From positions 1-64,000 of the IMG/VR virus record IMGVR_UViG_3300028394_000002: a stretch of 64,000 bases of DNA. One strand, 5' to 3'. The notes under the pieces were generated by a model, which worked only from the letters and a program-made list of their open reading frames with translations, made no database searches and was not told the origin of the DNA. Source of the DNA: a virus. The first letter of the stretch is position 1. Every line of letters starts with the position of its first letter. The translations under genes and the position numbers were made by a program. This document shows, piece by piece, positions 37,224 through 47,080 of the stretch.

Positions 37224-40200
37224 TGGCAGAAGAAAATCAACAAGGTCGTCAAAACATACAATCAACTGGTGCTAGTATTAACTCCTTTAGTAAAGGGATT
37301 AACCAAGATCTAGCTAAAACTGTTTATAAAGAAGGGAACTATTTAGATGCTCTAAATATTACCTTACTTACTGATAGCGGTTTAAGTACAGCTGTAATAC
37401 AAAATAAAAAAGGTAATAAACTACAAATTAAGTTTCCTGAAATTATACCAGGTGCTACTTATGAATTTGGTGGAGAATACCCTCAAGTTATACCTGCTCA
37501 AGAAAATCTTAAAGCTCTTGAAGGTATAGCAGTAACTGATGGTAATGGTGTACAAACCTTATTCTTCTTTACAAAGAGTAATGCTGTTGGAAATCTTAAT
37601 GACAATGGTTATGGCCAAATATGGAGATGTAATTTCCTAGGAACTACTGATAATATATCAGGTGCTATTAATGGTTATGAACTAACCGTTAATGGTCATA
37701 TGATGTACAATAGAGATTTAAACTTTAGTTCTGTAGAAAGAATTAAAGCTCTTGTAAAGTATGAGAATCAAAACTTTTCTAGGATTTATTGGACTGATAG
37801 TGGTGTAAATCCAGTAAGATCTATTAATACTATAGGTTCATTGTCATCAGTATTGCAAACACCTGTTAGAACTTTAAATATAGTAGCTTATGTTAATTTA
37901 GATACTCCTGTTATTAAAAGACTAATCAAAGGAGAATTGCCTGAAGGCAGATACCAATTAGCTTATAGATTATTAAACAAATATGGCTGTTTAACCAACT
38001 TTAGTACTTGTAGTAACTTAATAGATGTTATTGAAGGTGATGAATTCAATAGTGAGTTTGGCTATCCTATTGCTGATACTGTAGCATATAGCACAGATGT
38101 AATGGCTGAAACAGATACTAAAGATGTTATTGATTCTAATAAAGGTATTGAGTTTTACATACCTCATATTGATAAGGATTATCAAATGATTCAGTATGCT
38201 TTAATACACTATAGTCAACCTAACTTACCTGAAATATTTGTATATCCTTATAAGGAAATATCATTATATACTAATCAGAATGAAAGTTTTACTGATTTAT
38301 ATAGTGACACTACAACTCTTACAGCAGAAGAGTTTAATATAATGTATTCTCCATTTGAGAAAGCTTCAACTATTGAAATTAAAGACAACATTTTATTTGC
38401 AGCTAATACTACAAATGAAATGTTTAAAGTTAATGTAGATTACAGAGCTTATAGATTTAACAATGGAGGTGAAGCTGTTACATATGAATTAGATGGCACT
38501 ACTAATATTTTTAGTACTACTTACCCTAATAACAACTTACTAGATGTTATAAACCCTTATAATGATGAAAGCGGTAAGGTCTTTGGTTTAAATCCTAGTG
38601 GTACTACAATAGATTGGTTTAATACCCAACAATATAAATTTCATCAAGATGGAGTTACTGTAGGAGGTATAGGTCCAAATATTAGTTATACTTTTGGTAC
38701 AACTGAAATGATAGTTGATACTAATCAAATAAATATAAATAGAGCTCCTTTAATTCAAACTGACATAGATAATAACAATTTAGTAGCTTCTGCACCTAAT
38801 CACACAACTAATAACAATGGTAGCTTTAGCTCACTAAAATCTCCATACAAAGCTAGTTGTCAAGTATCTTGGCAGCGTGGAGAAGTATATAGATTTGGTA
38901 TTACCTTCTATAATAAGAAAGGACAAGCTTCTTATGTTAATTGGGTAGCAGATATTAAGATGCCTGATTTTAATGAGGTGTATAACAATCCTATGTCTTT
39001 ATTATCAAGACATGGAGATAATGGTAAACTACTAATGTATTCTACTCATATAAATTTTGATGTAACTATACCTCAAGATTTAGCTGAGGATATTACAGGT
39101 TTTAGAATGGTTTATGTTGAAAGACAAGAAAATGATAAAACTAGATTTGGAACTGCTATTACTGGTGGTTTACAATCTTTTGAAAGATTAGATATAAATC
39201 ATGGTTATAGTAGGTCTTTTATTATAACAATATTAGCAACTGTTATTTGCTATAAAGTAGGTAACTATATTGATGAGATAGATGGTGATATGGATTTATT
39301 TAAAATCAAAGAGAATATCAGGCAAAAAATAATGGCTACTGTAGCTGCAGCTATTGTTAAAAAACTTCTTTATATGCCTTATCCAGCTGCTCAACGTGTA
39401 ACTAGTTCTGAAGATTTAGCTGATTTTATAGATAGTGTTTTAGATGGGGCTACTAATAATAAAGGAGGTTTTTTAGACGGGATATTTTCTGGAGGTAATT
39501 TATTTAAATTAATACCGCCTAAACTTGTTGACAAAATTAGAGAGTCTATTAAAGAAGATTTAAGAAAAACATTAGCTCATAAAGTAGCTGGATTACATCC
39601 TAATGTATATAGTTTAGGTCAAAGAGGTTTAGCTTATTCACAAATAAACAGCCCTTCAGGTTCAGCTGCAATAGGTTACACTTTGTCACCTATTATTGAT
39701 TTTAATAAATATACTTTTAAACAAGGAGATTATTTAAAACCTATTAATATATTTGAGCAAGATAATAAAGTTGTATATCAAGTACATAGAGATTCTACAG
39801 TTGGATTATACAATGTATTAGATAGCTCAGCTTATTTAAGAAAATGGTACAAAGGGAGTACTATTCCTTGGAATCAAGTAGCTGATAATGATGATAGAAG
39901 AATGTACATCAGAAATCAAAAAGTACTTATTCCTGGTGAATTGTTAGGCGCTGGATTTGATAATGTATTAAGTAGTACTAATAGTAATGGAGGAAATCTA
40001 GATTACTTAATATCTAATAGTTATATATCAACTATACCTCAAACTAATAAAAGAGGAGATATAATCAGTAATGCTAGTTTAATTATAGATGATGTTACTG
40101 AGGCTGTAAAAAAGGGATTCGAAAATGCAGAATTTCCATATAATTACGTTCCAAATACAGATTTCTTAAAAAAAATATTAAGACCTCATACAGCATTAGG

Positions 40201-42139
40201 TATTGGAGATAAAAAACACATGATTGTTACTAACCCTATTTGGGGTGGTAATGGAGTACCTCGTGGAGTTGATTTTTCAAATGATGAGGAGGAGTCTTAT
40301 TTAGAACAATTAAATACCCCTTATTTCCAATCTGAAGATGCTATTAGGTACAAAGATCATGGAGGAGATTATACTGTTACTTATTGTAGACCTATAAGTG
40401 TTACACAATATGGAGGAGTAGGATACAGTAGTAGAGCTAATAATGAATATATACCTGCAAGTGGTTTTTATTCACTAATTACTAGATTAGGTAATAAATC
40501 ATTTAGTATTAAAGCTAATCTAGGTGATACTTATTTAGGAGTGTATGATGCAGTTAACTATTGTTATTATTACAACCAAGTAAGACCTCTTGGTTATCAA
40601 GATCCTATTAGAAGTAAGAAAGGGATGTATGAAATATTTCCTTGTGAGTCTAGTTTTAACTTTGCTTTAAGAGAAGGTAATCATCCAATTGTTAGTTTAT
40701 CTCCAGATGATTTAAAAGAAAATTCTGATTTTAAAACTGAAAGCATTAGCAATCCTGATCAAAGTAAGTTTTTTAATTTTATAAAGAAACCTAAAACAGC
40801 TAAAGTTGCGGGAGTTATAGCAGGAACAATGGTATATGGAGCTGTTCTTCCTTTAGCATTACTTAGAGGTGGAATTCATAATAGGTTTAGAAAGCGTGTA
40901 CAAAAAGATGGTCCTGATACTGCTAATCTAGTATTAAGAAATGAAAGGTTTTTATTATCTGAATTTAAATACAATGATGTATTCCATCAAAAATATAATA
41001 TTCAAAAGTATTTTCCACCTAGTATGTTTTTTGCTAATGAGGTGGATCAATATACTAATAGAATATGGCATTCTAAACCTAAGATAGATGGTGAAGTAAT
41101 TGATAGTTGGAGAGATTTTCAATTTGTAGATTATCTAGATGTTGAAGGTACACAAGGCCCTATTGTAGAATTAGTTGTTAATAAGAATAAAATATTCTTT
41201 TATCAAACTAATGGAATAGGTATTGCTAGTAGTAATGAAAGAGGTGCTGTCCAAGGAGCTGATGGTAGTATAGTTTTAAGTAATAATAAAGTATTATTAA
41301 GATATGACTACATTACTAAGGAAACTGGTACATCACATCAGTATAGTGTTATTAATACTAATATGGCAATATATCATTATGATGATAGTCTTAAAAAGAT
41401 ATTTCAAGTAGCTGATTCTAATCCTTACCAAAATAAATCTGGATTAGAATGTATATCTGATAACTCAGGTTTATTTAGTAAATTACAAAGTGTTAACAAT
41501 AACATTAATAAATTATTTAATGGTGTTCACGGTGTATATGATACAGAATATCAAACAATATATTATACATTCTTAGATAGAGTTAATCCTGAGAATAGTT
41601 TTACATTAGGTTACAATGAAAAGATGCAAGCATTTGAAAGCTTCTATAGTTTTAAACCTAAAATATACTTTAAATTAAATACTAGAGTGTTTAGTAGTTT
41701 AGGAGATGATAAATGTTACTGGCATAATAAAGGTAACTATGGAGAGTTTTATGATGATTACTTCCCAAGTAAATTAAAGTTCTTAACTAATGAAAATCCA
41801 TTACAAACTAAAGTTTGGGATAATCAACAATATCAAACTGAAGTATATGATACTAATGGGGTATTACAAAATCTAGTTACTATTGATTTAATACAACATA
41901 AAACTGAGAATCAATCTACTTTGTTACAACCTTTGTATCCGCAAAGTAATATTAATAAAGTAGAAAGAGATTGGAAATTACAAATACAAAGAGATATTAC
42001 TAATGCTACTTATTCTACTTTATCTAAACCTAGATTAAGAGATATGTATTTGCAAACAGAAATAAGCTTTACTAATAGAGAGAACCAAAGATTAGTTTTG
42101 CATCCAATTATAACATTTTATAGACAATCAATACATTAA
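37223..42139 (+). CDS. Tail muzzle/stabilisation protein
   Basis: 1638 aa; NSFSKGINQD N-terminus, GEVYRFGITFY, IDSWRDF, FESFYSFKP, KPRLRDMY. Confidence 0.75.
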   Translation: MAEENQQGRQNIQSTGASINSFSKGINQDLAKTVYKEGNYLDALNITLLTDSGLSTAVIQNKKGNKLQIKFPEIIPGATYEFGGEYPQVIPAQENLKALEGIAVTDGNGVQTLFFFTKSNAVGNLNDNGYGQIWRCNFLGTTDNISGAINGYELTVNGHMMYNRDLNFSSVERIKALVKYENQNFSRIYWTDSGVNPVRSINTIGSLSSVLQTPVRTLNIVAYVNLDTPVIKRLIKGELPEGRYQLAYRLLNKYGCLTNFSTCSNLIDVIEGDEFNSEFGYPIADTVAYSTDVMAETDTKDVIDSNKGIEFYIPHIDKDYQMIQYALIHYSQPNLPEIFVYPYKEISLYTNQNESFTDLYSDTTTLTAEEFNIMYSPFEKASTIEIKDNILFAANTTNEMFKVNVDYRAYRFNNGGEAVTYELDGTTNIFSTTYPNNNLLDVINPYNDESGKVFGLNPSGTTIDWFNTQQYKFHQDGVTVGGIGPNISYTFGTTEMIVDTNQININRAPLIQTDIDNNNLVASAPNHTTNNNGSFSSLKSPYKASCQVSWQRGEVYRFGITFYNKKGQASYVNWVADIKMPDFNEVYNNPMSLLSRHGDNGKLLMYSTHINFDVTIPQDLAEDITGFRMVYVERQENDKTRFGTAITGGLQSFERLDINHGYSRSFIITILATVICYKVGNYIDEIDGDMDLFKIKENIRQKIMATVAAAIVKKLLYMPYPAAQRVTSSEDLADFIDSVLDGATNNKGGFLDGIFSGGNLFKLIPPKLVDKIRESIKEDLRKTLAHKVAGLHPNVYSLGQRGLAYSQINSPSGSAAIGYTLSPIIDFNKYTFKQGDYLKPINIFEQDNKVVYQVHRDSTVGLYNVLDSSAYLRKWYKGSTIPWNQVADNDDRRMYIRNQKVLIPGELLGAGFDNVLSSTNSNGGNLDYLISNSYISTIPQTNKRGDIISNASLIIDDVTEAVKKGFENAEFPYNYVPNTDFLKKILRPHTALGIGDKKHMIVTNPIWGGNGVPRGVDFSNDEEESYLEQLNTPYFQSEDAIRYKDHGGDYTVTYCRPISVTQYGGVGYSSRANNEYIPASGFYSLITRLGNKSFSIKANLGDTYLGVYDAVNYCYYYNQVRPLGYQDPIRSKKGMYEIFPCESSFNFALREGNHPIVSLSPDDLKENSDFKTESISNPDQSKFFNFIKKPKTAKVAGVIAGTMVYGAVLPLALLRGGIHNRFRKRVQKDGPDTANLVLRNERFLLSEFKYNDVFHQKYNIQKYFPPSMFFANEVDQYTNRIWHSKPKIDGEVIDSWRDFQFVDYLDVEGTQGPIVELVVNKNKIFFYQTNGIGIASSNERGAVQGADGSIVLSNNKVLLRYDYITKETGTSHQYSVINTNMAIYHYDDSLKKIFQVADSNPYQNKSGLECISDNSGLFSKLQSVNNNINKLFNGVHGVYDTEYQTIYYTFLDRVNPENSFTLGYNEKMQAFESFYSFKPKIYFKLNTRVFSSLGDDKCYWHNKGNYGEFYDDYFPSKLKFLTNENPLQTKVWDNQQYQTEVYDTNGVLQNLVTIDLIQHKTENQSTLLQPLYPQSNINKVERDWKLQIQRDITNATYSTLSKPRLRDMYLQTEISFTNRENQRLVLHPIITFYRQSIH

Positions 42140-42142
42140 GAT

Positions 42143-45100
42143 ATGCCTGATAAAAATAAAAAACAAAGAACTAAAGTATATAGAGATAAATTAGAATTTG
42201 ATAAAGCTAATCAAGCATATGAAGATAGTACTGCTTTAGCTAAACAAAATTTTAGTTTTTTTACTGATGAAGTAAATAAACTTAATATAGGTGATACACT
42301 TAAAGAATATAATGAATCTTATAATAATTATTTTACTTGGAAAAAAGATTTAAAAAAAAATGAAAAAATAAGTCCAGGAAGTCTTAATACAGAAATTAAA
42401 CCTGAAAAATATTTATATGATTGGGGTGAAAATTGGGGCGTAAATCCATTGTATCATATTAAAGATAAAACTAATCGTAAAGTTATACCGACTGTAGGTG
42501 AAACAGTGGATCCATCTATTAATAAAATTAATGAAGTAAAAAAAATATTTCCTAAAGCATCTCAAGCTTTTATTGATAAAAAAATTAGTGCGAGTAAACA
42601 AGATTCTATAGGTGTAGGATATATTATTAATAGTGGGGACTATGATGAAAACTTTAAAAAGAAAACAAATCCAGCTTCTTTAGATATAAGTATTAGTAAT
42701 AATGGGCCGTATATATATCCTTATTATACTGAACCAACAACTAAGCCTGTATATAAGGACCCAAAAACTTTATATACAGGAAGCAAAGCATTAAAAATAC
42801 AAGGTAAGCCAAGTGGGTATATTAATAAAGGTAATAATACTGGAAGACAAGAGTTTAGAAAAGGTGGATGGTTAGATGGATTAGATGAGGATAATCCAAT
42901 ACAAGATAATACAAAAGTAAAGGCTGCTGTAATTCCAAATCAAGCATTAATTCAAAGAGCTAAGTTTCTTGAAGGTGATAATTTAGAAAAAAAAATAAAT
43001 AAATCTTCTAGTTATTCAAAAGATAAAGATAAAACTGCTTTAAAAAATAAGGATAAAAGAGAAAATACTGTAACCAATGTTAAAAATTCTCAAGTAGAAA
43101 AATATACAAATAAAAATGTTGCTAATAAATTTCATACAGGTTTTAAATATAATGAAATTCAAATTTCAGATAATACAAGAGTAAGCAATCCTGTAATTCC
43201 AAATCAAACTTTAATACAAAAAAGTAATTTAAATAAAAATAAGGGAACTTTAAAAAGTATAGATAAAATGCCTGTACAACCTCTTACAAAAGAAGAAGTT
43301 AGAAAAGGGGTAAAATTTACAACTGATGTAGCAGGTATGTTTAATCCAATAATGGCTGTTGCAGGCTCTGCTATGGACATGCACCAAGGAGATAAAACTG
43401 GAGCAGCAATTGGATTAGTTCCTGGACTTAAAAGTTTTATAGCTAGTAAAAATATGGCTACTAAATTAGCTACAAAAATGTTTAATGCAGGAATACCTAA
43501 TAAAATAGTAACTCCTATTAAAAAAGGAATTAGAGAAGCTGGTAACTATATATCAGGAACTGCTGAAGTAATTGAGGCTAAAGATGATATAGGTAAACCT
43601 ATAGTAGAAACAGTAAAATCTAAATTAAGAAACGGAGGACAGTTAGATGGTTTAGATAATAATAAGACTGAACAAGCTCCAGATGTTACTAATGCTACAG
43701 AGTATGTAAAAGGTTGGTATAACTCACCTATGTATGACAACATATTAAGAAATCAAAATATAGATTTAGGTATAACAAATCCTAATAGATTAGAAAGACG
43801 TGTTAAACAACATAAGAAATATTACAATGAATCAAATTATAATGTTACTCCTAGTGTAGTAGAGAACTTAAAAAACTATGGAGAAGGTTACATTGATAAT
43901 AAAGGTAATAAACAAATAAACTTAAACAAGAATTTTGTACAAAACAATCCTAAATTAGTTAATAGTTTATTTGCCCATGAATTAACTCATGATAATTTAA
44001 TGACTGTTAAAGATAGAGAGTATATAAATAAAAATACTCCAGAATATAATCCCGCATTACATAAAGAAGACACATATAATAAGCTTACAGATCCTGAAGA
44101 AGTAAGATCTCAGATACATTCTATTAGACAGCTAAGTGGAGAAAATAAAATTTATGACCCACTTACCCAACCTTTTAAAAAGGAATACTTAGATAAAGTA
44201 AATGAGTCTTATAATCAAGGTACTAAAGAATCTGAAGATTACAATCAATTACAAAGATTAAGACAGTATTATTCAGATGATCAGATTACTGAGATGATGA
44301 ATACTATATCTAAATCTAATTCTAATGATGGAAAGGTTTATGCAAAGAATGGTGGACTGTTAAATAGTTTATCTAAGAAGAGGTTTGACATGGGAGGCCC
44401 TGTAAATGATGAAGAAAATAGTGATATATTACCAAGTTGGGATGCAGTAAAAGCTACTTTAAATCCTTACAATTGGGGAGTAGATGATTACACTAAAAGT
44501 GGAACAAGAGGACAAGCTTTTAATGCTGCAAGAAAAGCAGGAGAAGAAGAATTTATGTGGAATAATCAAAGATATAACACAAGAAAAGATACTGATTATA
44601 TACCATATATAGGTAGCAATCCTAATCAAAAAGAATACGATAATTTTTTAAGAAAAGAATATCCTGAATTTTTTAAAACTCTTAATAGAGGTAAAAATGT
44701 AGGTAGTATAACTTGGAAAGGAGCTTCTGACAAAGAGCCTAATAGAGCCTCTATAAAGCCAGAACAAACAAATTCTAATATTAATGTTGGAGAAAATCCT
44801 GAAAGTGGGCATGAGTTTATAGATAATATAATTGCAGAATCTAGTCATTTAAAAGATCCTAAATTATTTGAGAATATATTTAATCCTTATGAGTACAAAA
44901 CTGCATATGAATACATACGACATGGTGAAGAAAGATACAAAATACCAGGGACTGCTGAATATGATGCCCATAGATTAAGAGAGCCAGGTATGGCAATGAT
45001 AGCTTATGGAAATTTATCTCCTAATAATATAAAACAAATACAAAAAAATTTAGGAGTAAAAGATGATGGTTATTTTGGACCAGATACATATAAAGCAATG

Positions 45101-47074
45101 CAATCTAAATATGCAAGTAATCTTAATGTTAAAGCTGCTTTATTAGAACATAAACTAAGATATAGAGATAATGATAAAAATCCTAGCAATTTTGGAGATG
45201 ATATAAACTTAGTTAGAGCATATTTACGGGAAATAGAATCAGAAGTGCCATTTAAAAATAGTGGGCAACTTTCTAATAACTTAACAGCAAATAAAGATTA
45301 TACTGATAATGCGTTAAATAATATTATTCCTGGAAGTGGAGATTATAATGTAAAAAAATTACAAACCACTTTAGTAAATAAAGGTTATAAACTACCTAAA
45401 TCTACTACTAAATATAGAACCTTAGATGGAACCTTTGATGGTATATATGGGCCTGAAACTAATAAAGCATTATTAGATTATCAATCTAAAAATGCAAAAT
45501 CTAAATTAAGAAACGGTGGTTGGTTAGATGGTTTAAGTAATCCTAATAATGTTATAGAAGATAATAGAGGTCAGTGGGCTCATCCTGGTAAAGTAACAAA
45601 AATTAACTCTAATCAAATAACAATGAAAGGAGTAAACTACCCTGTTCTTGGTGTATCAGATAGTGGCGACACTCAGATGATGAAGCCAGGTGGAGAGTAT
45701 AACTTTAAAGGTAAAACAGTAACTGAGTATCCTCAAAAATTTCAATTAGGAGGGTTTAAAGGATTATCTTCTAATATACCTAAAAATAGACTTGATGCTG
45801 AAGCTAAAGAAGAAGCAAAAAGAATGAATCCAGTTTGGACTCCAGTCAATAATCCTCAAACTCAAGAGGTATATCAACAAGGTCCTAAAAAAGGAACTGC
45901 TACTGGCAAAGGTGCTTTAGAACCATCTTATCCTGAGTTAATGTTAATGCCTGGTAGTTTACCTATTAAAGCTGCTAGTAAATTAGGTAAAGCTGCTGTA
46001 GTAGCTGCAGAGGCTTTAAATCCTATTGGAGGAATGAGAAATTTGAAAAATAATGTAATTAGTAAATCTGCAGCCGCAAGTTCTACTGTAGGTAATGTAC
46101 TTAATGAAACTGCAAGACCTATTAATGGCCATATGCCAGGCACTCCAGAATGGATTAGACTTAATGATATTATAACAAGCAGTAGAGCCGCAGTAACAGC
46201 AGCTACACCTAAAAATTCAAAACTAATTCACAAAGCTAAAGAGTTAGAAAGAAATATAACAATACCTATTTTAAATTCTAAACCAGCATTAAAAGTAAGA
46301 GAAGCAATCTTAAATAAAATTAATGAAAATTCTGTTGTTTCTAATTCAGCATTTACACCTGAAAATTTAGAAGCTTTTAAAAAATCAGGGTTAATACATG
46401 GGGAAGAAGGTACTTTAGTATCAAAAGAAGTTGCCTCCTTATATAGTAATGCGCCAGCAGGTCAAGGTAAATTAAGAGCTTATTTAAGAGGGTATTTAAA
46501 TAATAAACAGGCTGATATTGCAGAAACAACATTTCATTCACCTAATAGATCATTTAGCAGTCATGTTAGCTTACCTTCTGATACTAATCCTGTAGGAGAA
46601 TTTAAAAATTTTGGTTTTTTTAGTAAAAATCCTATTAGTGCTGGTAAAACAGCAGTAAATCTAAATAAATTAATTTCTAATATACCTGGTAAATGGGACT
46701 TTAATCCTGGTAGTTTAAGCGGGGACTCTTATCCAATATGGGCAAAAATTGTTAATGATAAAGCTAACCCTCAATTTGAACTTATTAATAAAGGCCTTAC
46801 TGGAATGAATACTTTAGGTAAACATACAAAAATATCTAAATTGCTAGAAACAAATATGAAAAATGGATATAATGATCCAGTCAAGGTAGATGAATTTCTT
46901 AAAGAGTTAGAAAAAATAGCAGGAAAAACAGCTGATAAATGGAATGTACCAAAAGAGTCATTAATGCCTGATGACACTAAAGGATTTATACCTGATTTAA
47001 GTATAAAGAAAAAATATAAAAACGGTGGTAAATTAAATAATAATAAGAGCAATTGGTTAGACAATTTAAAATAA
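42143..47074 (+). CDS. Modular cargo protein with xxGG linkers, HExxH domain and two peptidoglycan-binding-like repeats
   Basis: Seven xxGG linkers; AHELTH; IQKNLGVKDDGYFGPDT and LQTTL...DGIYGPET. Confidence 0.7.
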   Translation: MPDKNKKQRTKVYRDKLEFDKANQAYEDSTALAKQNFSFFTDEVNKLNIGDTLKEYNESYNNYFTWKKDLKKNEKISPGSLNTEIKPEKYLYDWGENWGVNPLYHIKDKTNRKVIPTVGETVDPSINKINEVKKIFPKASQAFIDKKISASKQDSIGVGYIINSGDYDENFKKKTNPASLDISISNNGPYIYPYYTEPTTKPVYKDPKTLYTGSKALKIQGKPSGYINKGNNTGRQEFRKGGWLDGLDEDNPIQDNTKVKAAVIPNQALIQRAKFLEGDNLEKKINKSSSYSKDKDKTALKNKDKRENTVTNVKNSQVEKYTNKNVANKFHTGFKYNEIQISDNTRVSNPVIPNQTLIQKSNLNKNKGTLKSIDKMPVQPLTKEEVRKGVKFTTDVAGMFNPIMAVAGSAMDMHQGDKTGAAIGLVPGLKSFIASKNMATKLATKMFNAGIPNKIVTPIKKGIREAGNYISGTAEVIEAKDDIGKPIVETVKSKLRNGGQLDGLDNNKTEQAPDVTNATEYVKGWYNSPMYDNILRNQNIDLGITNPNRLERRVKQHKKYYNESNYNVTPSVVENLKNYGEGYIDNKGNKQINLNKNFVQNNPKLVNSLFAHELTHDNLMTVKDREYINKNTPEYNPALHKEDTYNKLTDPEEVRSQIHSIRQLSGENKIYDPLTQPFKKEYLDKVNESYNQGTKESEDYNQLQRLRQYYSDDQITEMMNTISKSNSNDGKVYAKNGGLLNSLSKKRFDMGGPVNDEENSDILPSWDAVKATLNPYNWGVDDYTKSGTRGQAFNAARKAGEEEFMWNNQRYNTRKDTDYIPYIGSNPNQKEYDNFLRKEYPEFFKTLNRGKNVGSITWKGASDKEPNRASIKPEQTNSNINVGENPESGHEFIDNIIAESSHLKDPKLFENIFNPYEYKTAYEYIRHGEERYKIPGTAEYDAHRLREPGMAMIAYGNLSPNNIKQIQKNLGVKDDGYFGPDTYKAMQSKYASNLNVKAALLEHKLRYRDNDKNPSNFGDDINLVRAYLREIESEVPFKNSGQLSNNLTANKDYTDNALNNIIPGSGDYNVKKLQTTLVNKGYKLPKSTTKYRTLDGTFDGIYGPETNKALLDYQSKNAKSKLRNGGWLDGLSNPNNVIEDNRGQWAHPGKVTKINSNQITMKGVNYPVLGVSDSGDTQMMKPGGEYNFKGKTVTEYPQKFQLGGFKGLSSNIPKNRLDAEAKEEAKRMNPVWTPVNNPQTQEVYQQGPKKGTATGKGALEPSYPELMLMPGSLPIKAASKLGKAAVVAAEALNPIGGMRNLKNNVISKSAAASSTVGNVLNETARPINGHMPGTPEWIRLNDIITSSRAAVTAATPKNSKLIHKAKELERNITIPILNSKPALKVREAILNKINENSVVSNSAFTPENLEAFKKSGLIHGEEGTLVSKEVASLYSNAPAGQGKLRAYLRGYLNNKQADIAETTFHSPNRSFSSHVSLPSDTNPVGEFKNFGFFSKNPISAGKTAVNLNKLISNIPGKWDFNPGSLSGDSYPIWAKIVNDKANPQFELINKGLTGMNTLGKHTKISKLLETNMKNGYNDPVKVDEFLKELEKIAGKTADKWNVPKESLMPDDTKGFIPDLSIKKKYKNGGKLNNNKSNWLDNLK

Positions 47075-47080
47075 TTAATT

